From Polyangia bacterium (GTDB lineage Bacteria; Myxococcota_A; Polyangia; Nannocystales; Nannocystaceae): a DNA stretch of 64,000 nucleotides. The position numbers and the translations under genes are program-made. How positions within the stretch are numbered: position 1 is the first letter of the stretch; each line of letters begins with the position of its first letter. The notes under the pieces are model-generated. The model searched no databases. It had not been told where the DNA came from and saw only the letters and a program-made list of their open reading frames with translations. This document shows positions 18,519 to 30,749 of this stretch, piece by piece. The stretch covers positions 65,130 to 129,129 of the forward strand of contig JAUHWG010000011.1 in assembly GCA_030424595.1 (NCBI GenBank), in the 5' to 3' direction.

Positions 18519-18702
18519 AGCTAGCCAGAGGAACGATAGCCGATGTCGACGTGCGAAGGCGCGGGGGAGGCCGCTCGCACTTGCTTGCAGGTGCATCCGA
18601 TCGGGCGAGAGGTGCGGCCTGGGCGAGTTCGCGCGTCAACCTGGCCTTGGGGACCTCTTCGCTCGAGGCCCATGAGCGGGGGCGCGCGAACTCGCCCGCG
18701 CC

Positions 18703-19866
18703 CTAGTAGGCGACGCCGATCTCCGCCGCCTGGTCGCGGAGCATGTCGACGACCTTGTTGTCGAAACCGTCCGCCGGGGCGTTGTCCTCGATGTAGGCGT
18801 CGCGCTTCTTCGAGAGATCGAGGATCTGCTCGTTCAGCGTCGATCGCTTGGCGCGGAGGCCCTCAACATAGGCGCGCTGCTCTGTGTCGCTCATCGACTG
18901 CATCGCCTCGGGGAGGGCTGCGTTGTCGACCCGATCGAGGTCGACCCGACCCTCCTCGATCGCCGTGACCAGATCCTCCTCGACGAAGTACGCGTTCTTC
19001 GCCGAGTAGGAGGCGGCGGACGCCGCTGCCTGCCCCGAGAGCTTGGCGCGAGAGCTGCTCTTTCGGCGAGCGTTGGCCTTGTCGGTCGCGCTGCCCCAGC
19101 CGACCGACGAGGTCGCGAGCGCGCGGTTGAGGGCGGCGAGATCGTCGTCAAAGGGGGAGGCGATCGTCTGAACCCCGCCGTCCTGCTCGATCGTCGTCAT
19201 CTGGCCCCCCGCGAGCGAGGCGATCGTCCGCCATGCAGCTTCGGTGTCGGACATCTGACCGCAACGGATCGTGTTGATCGTGATGTTCTTGGCTGCGGCT
19301 GTGCGGGCGAGCTCGGCGCTGGTCGGGCCGTCGTTGTAGTCGTCGTGGGGCGGAGCGTCGCCGACGAGGAAGACGAGGCGGAGCACGCCCTGGCCCTCCT
19401 CCCAGGACATCCCGTGGATGGCGTCGGAGAGGCCGCGGTTGACGTGCTCGGGACCGTCCCCGCCGCCTGCGGCGATGAGCTGCGAGAGCTGGCCGTGGAT
19501 CGTGTCGAGGTCGCGGGTCAGCGGGAAGCTCTTGGTCACGTACTCGTCGGTGATGTCACGGTAGGCGACGAGGCCGACGCGGATGTCGGGGCGGGGCTCA
19601 CCCGAGGAGAGGCGGTTCGCGATCGACCAGATCGTCTGCTTCGCCCCTTCGAGGAGGCCGCTCATCGAACCGGTGGTGTCGACGACGAAGACCACGTCGA
19701 TGCGGGGGCGCTGGACGTGCCGGGCTTGGCTGGCGACCTGCACAGGCGCTTCGGCGGCGAGCTCAGCCTGAGGCTGTGGGATCGGCCAGATCGAGTTGGC
19801 GATCAGCGTCCCGCACATGAGGGAGGTGAGGGCGGCGCCGATGTAGATCATGTGGGAGGTACGCAT
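18703..19866 (-). CDS. Secreted/anchored von Willebrand factor type A (vWA) domain protein
   Basis: N-terminal hydrophobic signal/anchor (MRTSHMIYIGAALTSLMCGTLIANS). MIDAS motif DVVFVVDTTGSMS. Start at internal ATG 19866. Confidence 0.75.
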   Translation of the reverse strand: MRTSHMIYIGAALTSLMCGTLIANSIWPIPQPQAELAAEAPVQVASQARHVQRPRIDVVFVVDTTGSMSGLLEGAKQTIWSIANRLSSGEPRPDIRVGLVAYRDITDEYVTKSFPLTRDLDTIHGQLSQLIAAGGGDGPEHVNRGLSDAIHGMSWEEGQGVLRLVFLVGDAPPHDDYNDGPTSAELARTAAAKNITINTIRCGQMSDTEAAWRTIASLAGGQMTTIEQDGGVQTIASPFDDDLAALNRALATSSVGWGSATDKANARRKSSSRAKLSGQAAASAASYSAKNAYFVEEDLVTAIEEGRVDLDRVDNAALPEAMQSMSDTEQRAYVEGLRAKRSTLNEQILDLSKKRDAYIEDNAPADGFDNKVVDMLRDQAAEIGVAY

Positions 19867-20319
19867 GCTTGTCTTCCTGTTCTCGGTGGGTCCGGGTGTG
19901 AACGCAGGATCCACCCATTCGGCGCCTCTGGCCTGTAAAACACCCGTAAAACGCTCGCAAAAGGGCTCATACACCTCTTCTACGAACACTGTCGGGGGAG
20001 CGCCTGACCGTCATGATGACGTTGTCTGCGGCTGAGCAGGGAGGACGGGGCCTGATCGCCGCCCGAAGAGCAGACCTGCTCGTCACCGGGCGGGCGCTCG
20101 AGGGGCAGGAGCGATCATCCCGGGAGGGGCTGCGAGCGCTCTCCCGGGCCAGGCGCTCGGCGATCCTCGACGAGGACAGGCTCGGTCAGGTCGCGCGGCG
20201 CGTCGAACCTCGCCAAGGGGGCCGATCGCGGCGTGAGGGCGCACTGGACACCAGCGGCCTCGGCCCGTGCGCCCGCCCTTGAACGGCAGTTCTTTGGGAC
20301 AGGTCGCGCGGAGCGCAGA

Positions 20320-22488
<2,169 letters not shown>

Positions 22489-22590
22489 GCGGTCCAGATA
22501 GTCTCATGGGAGCGACCGGTCCGCATCACTCCCCTCCGCGGAGGTCTTGAAACGCGTCAGGCGCGTGCCGCGGCCGGCCCCGGCGAGGGG

Positions 22591-23157
22591 TCACGATGGC
22601 TGATCGCGAGGCCCTTGTGGCTGTGTCGCCCCGAGCTGGTTGCCGAACTTGTCGACGCAGCGCGCGAGGATCGCGTTGGCGCGGCCCCGGGCGATCTCTC
22701 GTGAGGCGTTCGCAAAGGCGTGCGCTTGGCAACGCGCGACCTGGATGTTCTTGCGATCGATGCACTCGTCCTCGGCCTTGTCGAGGTCCATCGGCTTGAA
22801 GACGCTCCAGCGCTCGAGCTCCGCCGGGTCACCTGCGATCCGGCGCTGGACGAAACCATCGTAGGCGTCGCGCATCTCCAGGCAGGTGGCCTTAAGGTCA
22901 CCTAAAGGAGGCGTGTCCGGGACGATCGTCACCGCGTCGATGGCCTCGCGAATCGCGGCCTCGGCCTTGGCGGCGGTCCGCTCCTTGAGGCGCTTCATGT
23001 CCTCCGACGCTTGCTTCGCCGCAGCTTTGGGATCGCTCTGCTCAAACGCCTTGGCGATGTTGTTGTGTTGCTCGGCGCTCTCGGTGCAGGCGAGGGGCGC
23101 TGCACAGGTGAGTGCGAGCAGGAGGGATCCAAGGGACGGTTGACGAAGTGTGTGCAT
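22591..23157 (-). CDS. Hypothetical lipoprotein (helical, K/A/E-rich)
   Basis: Signal peptide plus lipobox (LLLALTCAAPLAC) from internal ATG (MHTLRQ...). Confidence 0.5.
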   Translation of the reverse strand: MHTLRQPSLGSLLLALTCAAPLACTESAEQHNNIAKAFEQSDPKAAAKQASEDMKRLKERTAAKAEAAIREAIDAVTIVPDTPPLGDLKATCLEMRDAYDGFVQRRIAGDPAELERWSVFKPMDLDKAEDECIDRKNIQVARCQAHAFANASREIARGRANAILARCVDKFGNQLGATQPQGPRDQPS

Positions 23158-23578
23158 ACGAAGACCTCCGTGTCGGGCGAATGCGCTCACTCGGTATGCC
23201 ATGGGGCGACTTCGAACGACAAGGCCCTCGGTCCACAGAGGCATGCATCCGTTCGCGGGCCTCCAGGGGGCTCCGCGGCCTTGTGCCCTCTGTGGGAGAC
23301 GCCGCGAGGGGAGGGCGGGGCCGTCCTGATCGGCCTGACTTGCTCGTCGCCTCGACCATCGAAAGAAGGTCGGCGCGTCGGGCTCCAGACCCTCTCCGAG
23401 CGAGGTCCCAGGAGCGAGCCTGCGCGCCCCCTAGGGGGTCGTCTCCGCGAGACGAGCGCCTGCGGACGCTCGAATAAATCGCTGGCGATCGTGGGGCCAG
23501 CCGTCCAGGATAGTCGAACGGCCTGCGGGAGTAGCAGGCGGCGGAGACGGGAAGAGGCGCCGAGGTCGGGATAGGGCG

Positions 23579-26539
23579 ATGGATCTGACGATACTTGCGA
23601 GAGAGCGCGTAGGAAAGGTCCTGCGCGGCAAGTACCACTTGGATCGACTCATCGACGTCGGCGGGATGGCTGCCGTCTACGAGGCGACCCATCGCAATGG
23701 CACGCGCTCGGCGATCAAGGTCCTTCATCCGAAGTATGTCTCGGATGTTCAAGCTCGGACCCGCTTCCTCCGCGAGGGCTACGCGGCCAACCACGTCGGC
23801 CATCCCGGGTCGGTGACCGTCATCGACGACGACTTCACCGAGGAGGGCGACGTCTATCTCGTGATGGAGCTCCTCGACGGCGAGTCGCTCGAGGGGTGCA
23901 TCGCCCGCGAGAAGACGATGAACGAGGTCGACGTCCTCAGCATCGCCGATCAGCTGCTCGACGTCCTCTCGTCGGCGCACAACAAGGACATCATCCACCG
24001 GGACATCAAGCCGGCGAACATCATGCTGACGCGCAGCGGCATCGTGAAGCTGCTGGACTTCGGCCTCGCCCGTGTCCGCGAGCTGCCCGCGGTCGCGGGG
24101 GTTCACAGCGCTGAGATCGTCTTCGGCACGGTCGCCTATGTCTCGCCGGAGGCGGCCCGCGCCAACAACGATGAGATGGACGGTCGCGCCGACCTCTGGG
24201 CGGTCGCGGCGACGATGTTCAAGGCGCTCGCCGGCGAGACCGTGCACGGGATGAACGGATCGGTGATGGAGCGCTTGATCCGGGCCGCCAAGGATCAGGC
24301 GCGGTCCCTCGGAGCGATCGCGCCGCATCTCCACCCGCGGGTTGTCGATCTCGTCGACCGGGCGCTGATGTTCAACCGCGAGGATCGCTGGCCGAGCGCG
24401 GCGGTGATGCAGGCGGTCACCCAGGACGTCCTCGCCCAGCTGATGGAGGAGCGGGCCGTCCCGCCGTCGATGTTCTTCATGCCTGGCCTCTCGCAGATGG
24501 TCGCGGGATACGCCGCGTCGGGGCCGATGACGTCGATGTCCGCGTCATACTCGCCGACGCCTAGGCCCTTTCGCGGACAGATGGCGACGCCGTCGCCGAG
24601 CCCGTATCCGTACCCTGGGGCGATGGCGACGCCGACGCCGCGGCCCGCCCCCAACCCGCTCAATCAGGTCTCGCACAACCCGCTCAACCAGGTCCGCGGC
24701 CGTGCGGCGCAGCCATCGTACCCGGACCAGGGGAGCGCCGGATACACGACCAACTACGCGAACCCGTTGAATCAGGTCGCGTCGCGCCCGAGGTCGGCGC
24801 CGCAGGTCCAGCCGCAGCGACAAAACCCGCTCAACCGCGTCGCGGCGCCCTCCCACAGCCATCAGCGGTCGCCTGGGGAGCCCCAGAACCAGGCCCCGAC
24901 GAGCTATCCTCAGAGACAGACGATCCAGACCCGGGGCTACGGTGCGGTCGATCCCGGGGACTCGTCGTTCGACATCGAGATCGAGGATCTCGATCCAGGG
25001 TCGAGCGCCGGTGATCTCGATCTCGCGATCACGATCGAGGAGAGCCGCGAGGCGCCCGCTCCCCGGCCCCGCCGGGCGACGACGATGCGCGACCTGGGAT
25101 CAGCAGCGGCGCGAGCGCGGGCGATGCTCGACTCCCGACGTCGCGGAGTGATGGCGCCGACGCCAGCGCCGACGCCAGCGCCAGCGCCAGCGCCAGCGCC
25201 AGAGCCCGAGCCGGAGCTCGAGGAGGACTCAGACTTCGACATCGACATCGGCTTCGAGGACGACTTTACCGACGTCGACGATCACTCTGTCCCTGAGGAC
25301 GTGGTGGTCGACACCGGCGGCGACGCGGTCGAGGTGGACACGGTCCGTCGTCCTCCGCCGACGCTTCCGAGCGAAGAGACCGTTCGTCGTCCGGCGCCCA
25401 CGGGGCCGTCGTTCGAGGCGAAGGGGAGGAGCGAGGATACGGTCCGCGGGCCCGCACCGCTCCCCGAGAGCTTCCGGCAGGGGGATAGCCACAGCGGCAT
25501 GGAGCCGGGGATCATCATCGAGCAGCTCGACGACGATGAGGGCTGGCCAGAGGATGACCCCTGGGGCACTGGGGCCGTCTCCGGGGAGATATCGGACGAG
25601 AGTCGGGTGTACGACGAGGTCGACGAGGCCGACGAGGACGACGACGTCGAAGCTGCCCATGTCGAGGATGCTGGCGCTGTCGATGAGGCGGAGCCGACCC
25701 CAGACCTGACCGACGGGCCACGGCTCCCGGCCACGCCAGAGTCGTCGGTCAGCGGCCTCCTGGGTCTACCTCCGCTCAGCTCGGGACTCTCCGGCGCCCG
25801 CACGTTTGGTGCCCCGCTCTCGCGAGCGGACGCCGAGGCGAAGCGAGAGGCGGCCGAGGCGAAGCGGCAGGCCGCGGAGGCTGAGCGCAAGGCTGTTCTC
25901 GCCGAGCGCCGAGCGGCGGCGGCGGAGGAGCGCAAGGCGGCGGCGGAGCAGCGCAGGTTGCAGGCCCGTCAGGCGGCGGAGCTTCGCGAGCAGGAGCGGC
26001 TCAAGCGGAGGAGTGGGAAACCACTGCCGCCGCGTCCGAAGGGCGGTGGTCTCGGCCTCGAGCGTCTCTCTTCGCTCCGGCGCCCCCCCGAGGCGCCGGT
26101 CGTCGTCGATCGGGACTCACCGACCTTGACCTCCCCCGATCGTACGGTGCGGGTCGCCATCCCGACGCCGACGACCCTCCCGGATCTCGGCGTCGGTCAG
26201 CGTTCATCGCGAGCTCCCGCGGTCCCGAGGGTCAGCCCGCCGCGGGTGCAGGTGCCGGCGCCGCCGAAGGAGGCCGACGAGAGCGAGGAGGTCGCGGAGC
26301 TCAGCGACAGCATGTTCGTCCGTGTCCCGGAGGCCAACAAGCCCGCTCCGGTGGTGCCGCCGAAGGTGCCGGCTCCGCCGGCGAGGACGCCGGTGCCGCC
26401 GGTCGTCGGCTCCTCTCCGCGACGACCGAGCAAGCTACCTGCTCGTCCGCCAGCGAAGAAGCCCGAGGGGAAGCCTACGGGGGACAAGCCGGCGCTCCGC
26501 TTGCCGCGGCTGCGGAAGCTCCCGCCGCGCAAGAAGTAG
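23579..26539 (+). CDS. Ser/Thr protein kinase with long disordered Pro-rich, acidic and coiled-coil C-terminal region
   Basis: Kinase subdomains present: GGMAAVYEA, HRDIKPANIML, DFGLA, APE. C-terminal NPLNQV repeats, poly-(AP) tract, acidic DE-rich block, a coiled coil (AEAKREAAEAKRQAAEAERKA...) and a basic P-rich tail. Confidence 0.8.
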   Translation: MDLTILARERVGKVLRGKYHLDRLIDVGGMAAVYEATHRNGTRSAIKVLHPKYVSDVQARTRFLREGYAANHVGHPGSVTVIDDDFTEEGDVYLVMELLDGESLEGCIAREKTMNEVDVLSIADQLLDVLSSAHNKDIIHRDIKPANIMLTRSGIVKLLDFGLARVRELPAVAGVHSAEIVFGTVAYVSPEAARANNDEMDGRADLWAVAATMFKALAGETVHGMNGSVMERLIRAAKDQARSLGAIAPHLHPRVVDLVDRALMFNREDRWPSAAVMQAVTQDVLAQLMEERAVPPSMFFMPGLSQMVAGYAASGPMTSMSASYSPTPRPFRGQMATPSPSPYPYPGAMATPTPRPAPNPLNQVSHNPLNQVRGRAAQPSYPDQGSAGYTTNYANPLNQVASRPRSAPQVQPQRQNPLNRVAAPSHSHQRSPGEPQNQAPTSYPQRQTIQTRGYGAVDPGDSSFDIEIEDLDPGSSAGDLDLAITIEESREAPAPRPRRATTMRDLGSAAARARAMLDSRRRGVMAPTPAPTPAPAPAPAPEPEPELEEDSDFDIDIGFEDDFTDVDDHSVPEDVVVDTGGDAVEVDTVRRPPPTLPSEETVRRPAPTGPSFEAKGRSEDTVRGPAPLPESFRQGDSHSGMEPGIIIEQLDDDEGWPEDDPWGTGAVSGEISDESRVYDEVDEADEDDDVEAAHVEDAGAVDEAEPTPDLTDGPRLPATPESSVSGLLGLPPLSSGLSGARTFGAPLSRADAEAKREAAEAKRQAAEAERKAVLAERRAAAAEERKAAAEQRRLQARQAAELREQERLKRRSGKPLPPRPKGGGLGLERLSSLRRPPEAPVVVDRDSPTLTSPDRTVRVAIPTPTTLPDLGVGQRSSRAPAVPRVSPPRVQVPAPPKEADESEEVAELSDSMFVRVPEANKPAPVVPPKVPAPPARTPVPPVVGSSPRRPSKLPARPPAKKPEGKPTGDKPALRLPRLRKLPPRKK

Positions 26540-26764
26540 TCGGGCGCTCGAGCTTCGGGGTCGTCGCGAGAGTCCAGCGAGTCCAGATAGTCCAGGGAGT
26601 CCAGCGAGCACCGCGGGCTCCAGCCCGCGTCGTCGTTCTCGGGTCCGCGAAGACTCGCGGCGCACTCCGATCCAGCGGCGCATCGCCGAGGCCAAGAGAA
26701 CCAACGATCTCGGCGCCGAGGCTCCATCAGCTCCACCGCAAGATCGCGGCGCAGTCCGAGCCGC

Positions 26765-28402
26765 CTACCCCTGGGTCAGGGACTCGTTGTACGCGTCGTC
26801 ACCGGTCTCCGGATCGATGAAGCGAACGTTCACGGCGTTGGACATCGGATCGAAGGTGATCAGGCACCCCCGAGCCTTGTGGCGGCCGTACTCGAACTGC
26901 GGCGGGTTGAGGCCGGTGAGGAACTCCGGGATCGGGTTCTCGTTGCCTCCGGTGATCGCGATCTCCCGGGTCCTGCTGGCGAGGTCGTCACCGTTCGGCT
27001 CGAGCCGGGAGACAAACGTGACGTGGAAGTCGCCGGAGAGGAACCAGACGTTCTCGATGTTGTTGTCGTTGATGTGGGAGAGCACCTCGGCGCGCTGCTC
27101 GGGGTATCCCTCCCACCGATCGCCGGCGGCGACGTCCCAGACCGTCGGCATGTTGGTGATCGGGACCGAGTTGACGACGACCTTGAAATGACAGGGGGAG
27201 TTGAGCAGGCGGTCCTTGAGGAAGAGCATCTGCGCCGGGCTGATGTACTGATCGATCGAGGGCCTCCGCTCGTAGCGGCAGTCGAGGATGATGAACTCGG
27301 CCGTGAGTCCCCAGCGAAAGGTGCGCCACAGCCGGTACTCGGGGCCCTCGGCGTCGATCGGCATGAGCTCGAAGTAGGCGTCCATGGCGTTTTGCCGCCG
27401 CTCTAGCTCCCCCGGGTCCATCGTCTCGCGATCGAAGTTGCTGTTGTCGTCGATCTCGTGATCGTCCCAGGTCGCGTAGAGCCCCGACCGGCTGTACACC
27501 TTCTTGAAGCCGCCGGCGCTGAGGTACTTGCGCCAGCTCGCGCGGTACTCCGCGAGGGTTTCGGCGCCATCGTTGTAGGCCATGTCGCCTAGGTGGATGA
27601 AGAGGTCGTAGTACTCATCCGCCGTGAAGTCGAGCGAGGGCCAGTCGAACTCATCGCCGTTGCACGAGCTCATCGCGATCGTCAGCGGCTCGAGCGCGTC
27701 CTCCTCGATCGCGGTGCGGAACTCGCCGAGGAGCGAGCGGGCGATGAAGCTGTCGGGCTCGCCGTCGAAGTAGCCGTAGCGGTACCAGGTGCCGGGGCAG
27801 AGCCCCTCGACGCTGAGCTTGGCGTAGCCCTCTTCATCGGGGCTGATCTCCTCCTCGTGGACGAGCTCGACCAGGCCCGGCTCGTCGCTCTGGCGCCAGA
27901 TACGGAGGAGCTTCGGCGCCGCGTCGGCGATGAAGATCGCGACCATCACGGAGGTAGGCTTCATCTCGCCGACCATGATCGCGAGGGGGAAGAGCGCCTC
28001 GCTCAGCTCGACCGACTCGGGATCAAACTCGATGAGCTCGCCATCGCAGAGCTCGCCGCCGGTGGTGGTGGTGTCGCCGGTGGTGGTGTCGCTCGTGGTC
28101 GTGCCGGTGGTCGGATCGACGGTCGTCTCGCCGGTCGTCTCACCGGTCGTCGATGTGGTGGTCGAGGTGGTCGAGGTCTCGCCGGCGGATCCAGAGGTCG
28201 TCGGATCGATGGTGTCGCCGGTCGACGAGCCGTCGGTCGTGCCGGTGTCGGAGTCCGTGCCGAAGGTCTCGGAGGCGGAGATCGTGTCGTCGCCGCAGCC
28301 CACGAGGAGGGTGGCGCTGGTCAGGCCGAGGCGGAGGAAGTCGCGGCGCGGCAGGTCATTCGCGTCCGTCGTCGTCGCTTTGCGGGGATCCTTTTTTGTC
28401 AT
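26765..28402 (-). CDS. phoD: PhoD-family alkaline phosphatase/phosphodiesterase, Tat-exported lipoprotein
   Basis: Twin-arginine signal (RRDFLRLG) plus lipobox (LLVGCG). T/S/G-rich linker. Metallophosphatase motifs (GDMAY, WDDHEIDDN, GDFHVTF). Confidence 0.8.
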   Translation of the reverse strand: MTKKDPRKATTTDANDLPRRDFLRLGLTSATLLVGCGDDTISASETFGTDSDTGTTDGSSTGDTIDPTTSGSAGETSTTSTTTSTTGETTGETTVDPTTGTTTSDTTTGDTTTTGGELCDGELIEFDPESVELSEALFPLAIMVGEMKPTSVMVAIFIADAAPKLLRIWRQSDEPGLVELVHEEEISPDEEGYAKLSVEGLCPGTWYRYGYFDGEPDSFIARSLLGEFRTAIEEDALEPLTIAMSSCNGDEFDWPSLDFTADEYYDLFIHLGDMAYNDGAETLAEYRASWRKYLSAGGFKKVYSRSGLYATWDDHEIDDNSNFDRETMDPGELERRQNAMDAYFELMPIDAEGPEYRLWRTFRWGLTAEFIILDCRYERRPSIDQYISPAQMLFLKDRLLNSPCHFKVVVNSVPITNMPTVWDVAAGDRWEGYPEQRAEVLSHINDNNIENVWFLSGDFHVTFVSRLEPNGDDLASRTREIAITGGNENPIPEFLTGLNPPQFEYGRHKARGCLITFDPMSNAVNVRFIDPETGDDAYNESLTQG

Positions 28403-28533
28403 CGACTGGTCTGCTCCGGGTGCGCGAGAGCGCGCATGTCGGGCATGGTAGCCGACCTTGAGCGGCTTGCGAGCAGGCGGCGATGACTGAGCGCGCGCAC
28501 TTCTCGACGTCGGCGCTGAAGCTCGACGATGGG

Positions 28534-28571
28534 AGCTCAGCTCAGCTCAGCTCAGCTCAGCTCAGCTCAGC
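28534..28571. repeat. (agctc)7 pentanucleotide microsatellite
   Basis: Direct reading: gagctcagctcagctcagctcagctcagctcagctcagcc. Intergenic between the NfeD-like gene 3' end and the phoD 5' region. Confidence 0.9.
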
Positions 28572-28661
28572 CCTGTCGGACGGAGCTGCCAAGAGGACCT
28601 CCGCGGAGCTCGCCTTCGCGCGGATGCGTCGGGTTGGGGGCCGTCGACCACGGCTGCGGGA

Positions 28662-29378
28662 TCAGTCTCCTGCGAGCTGGCCCTGGCGGACGACGACCGC
28701 GGTGGTGTCACGCATCTCGATCACCAGCGCAGACTCTCCGGGCTCGAGCACGCCTTCATCCTCGGTCGTCGAGAGGATGTCGACGGTGGTGCCCTTGAGC
28801 TGGAGCCTTATCTTTCCGAGGCCTCCGCGTCGGATCGGCACGAGCACCCGGCCGCTGAGCCCGACATAGTCGCGGATCGACGCGGCGACGCCGGTCGACT
28901 CTGCGGCGAGACGGCGGAGGACGATCGTCGCGGCCGCGCCGGAGAGGGTGCCCATGGTCAGCGCGAGGATCAGCGCTGGGAGCGCTGCGGTCAGCGAGAG
29001 GCCCTCGAGAACGGCGCCTGTCAGGCCGAAGAACGTCGTGAAAAAGGTCCAAAAGCGGAGCGACGTCAGCAGGCCGAGGATCGGGCGTCGCCGACGTCGT
29101 GCGAGCTTCCGGCGCTCGACGTGGATGAGCGCGTCGGCGTCGGCCTCCGCGGCGTCGGCGAGCGAGCCATGGTCCGCGTCACCGTGATCGACGTCGGCGT
29201 CGACGTCGGCGTCGACGTCGGCGTCGACGTCAGCGTCGATGTCGGCGTCGAAGCCTTCACCCGCGTTCAGCTCGGCGGGACCGTCGGCGTCGGTGTCGTC
29301 GTGACCGCCGAGGACAATGGAGGTGAGGAGGACGACACCGCCCGCGACCATCGAGAAGAGATAGAGGGTGAGGAACAT
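28662..29378 (-). CDS. NfeD-like membrane protein (N-terminal TM, (DADV)n acidic repeat, two more TM helices, C-terminal OB-fold-like domain)
   Basis: Hydrophobic segments [23 protein letters not shown] and [26 protein letters not shown]-terminus resembles NfeD short-form OB domains. Internal 12-bp DNA repeats encode DADVDADV. Confidence 0.5.
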   Translation of the reverse strand: MFLTLYLFSMVAGGVVLLTSIVLGGHDDTDADGPAELNAGEGFDADIDADVDADVDADVDADVDHGDADHGSLADAAEADADALIHVERRKLARRRRRPILGLLTSLRFWTFFTTFFGLTGAVLEGLSLTAALPALILALTMGTLSGAAATIVLRRLAAESTGVAASIRDYVGLSGRVLVPIRRGGLGKIRLQLKGTTVDILSTTEDEGVLEPGESALVIEMRDTTAVVVRQGQLAGD

Positions 29379-29542
29379 CGACGCACCGTCGAGTTTGCCC
29401 TCCTCTGTGGGGCACGGCTACCCTCGATCTGAGGTTGGATGTGCGGAATCGAGGGCGGAGCGGCGGAGCTGTATGTCCCCGCGCCTCGCCGGCGTCGCCT
29501 CGCCTCGCCTGCGTCGCCCCCTCTGCTATCGTCCTCCGTCCG

Positions 29543-30199
29543 ATGTTCTTCTCCGACTCTCGCAAGCTCAAGATGCCGACGCCGTCCGAGGCTCTCCCTG
29601 GTCGTGACGAGCCGATGATCGTCCCCGAGGTCCACTTCGTCAGCGGAGCGCGGATCGTCGCCCCCTTCCCGCCGGGGCTCGAGCGGGCGGTCTTCGGCCT
29701 CGGCTGTTTCTGGGGCGCGGAGCGGCGTTTCTGGCAGCAGCCGGGCGTCTACAGCACGGCCGTGGGCTACGCGGCGGGCTTCACGAAGAACCCCACCTAC
29801 AAAGAGGTGTGCAGCGGCAGGACGGGCCACAACGAGGTGGTCTTGGTCGTCTACGATCCAGCGGTGACCTCGTACGACGCGCTGCTCAAGGTCTTCTGGG
29901 AGAGCCACGATCCGACCCAGGGCATGCGCCAGGGAAACGACGCCGGCACCCAATATCGCTCCGGGATCTACACCTACACAGACGCGCAGGCGAGCGCGGC
30001 GGAGGCCTCGAAGGTCGCGTATGCAGAGCGTCTTGCGGCCGCTGGGTTCAGCGCGGTGACGACGGAGGTCCTGCCCGTGTCTGAGTTCTATTACGCCGAG
30101 GCCTACCATCAGCAGTACCTCGCCAAGAACCCGGGCGGCTATTGCGGTCTCGGAGGGACCGGCGTCTCCTGTCCGATCGGTGTTCTGCCGTCGAGCTAG
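29543..30199 (+). CDS. msrA: Peptide-methionine (S)-S-oxide reductase
   Basis: [28 protein letters not shown] matches the MsrA active-site region (GCFWG). Start at ATG 29543, or alternatively 29573. Confidence 0.85.
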   Translation: MFFSDSRKLKMPTPSEALPGRDEPMIVPEVHFVSGARIVAPFPPGLERAVFGLGCFWGAERRFWQQPGVYSTAVGYAAGFTKNPTYKEVCSGRTGHNEVVLVVYDPAVTSYDALLKVFWESHDPTQGMRQGNDAGTQYRSGIYTYTDAQASAAEASKVAYAERLAAAGFSAVTTEVLPVSEFYYAEAYHQQYLAKNPGGYCGLGGTGVSCPIGVLPSS

Positions 30200-30607
30200 C
30201 CGTCCGGCGCGGAGTACTCACGAGTTGAGAGGACCCGCACGACGGGGGAGCGGTCCACGGTGAGCGCCTGAATTCAGCTCAGATGTGGTTCCTTGTCCCC
30301 GATGACGGGTCGTGTGTGGGGATCCTCCACGATACGCAAGAGTAGCCAAGGCGAGGCGTGGGAGCTATCGTTGTGGGGCTAGAGCCTCGACGGCGCAGCG
30401 ATCTTCCTCCCCATTTTCGATCGCGACCTACCTCCCCACCGCCGTCGAGGTTCTGGCAATTTTTTTGCGCCGGTGTCGGTCTCGATCTGGGGGACTGACG
30501 AGCGGCTCCGCGGTGTGCAGGGGACGTCTTCGCCGACCCTGGGTCGAGGTCGCGCGGCGGGTTCGCGGTCGCGACACGTAGATGTCTACGCGCTCGTCGT
30601 CCAGGTT

Positions 30608-30629
30608 TACATGTCTTCACGGACATGTA
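30608..30629. promoter_or_regulatory. Perfect 8-bp-arm palindrome tacatgtc-N6-gacatgta in the 550-bp leader upstream of the vault-protein homolog
   Basis: Direct reading. Located ~120 bp upstream of the ATG at 30750 in a locally lower-GC stretch. Confidence 0.3.
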
Positions 30630-30749
30630 TTCGAAGCGGCGGAGGGCGGGTCGGGATCGCTGCGGTCCGAAGCCGCGCCTGGCCTGGACGATAGCCGCCG
30701 CTGCGCCGGACACCTATGCTTGTGCCGCGTATTGACGAGAGGAAGCAGG

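Noticed and set aside
14952-18524. Several 200-370-aa ORFs on the plus strand inside the kinase-TPR gene
   Set aside because: They are antisense to a 1323-aa protein with kinase and TPR signatures and have no motifs. This is the high-GC artefact.
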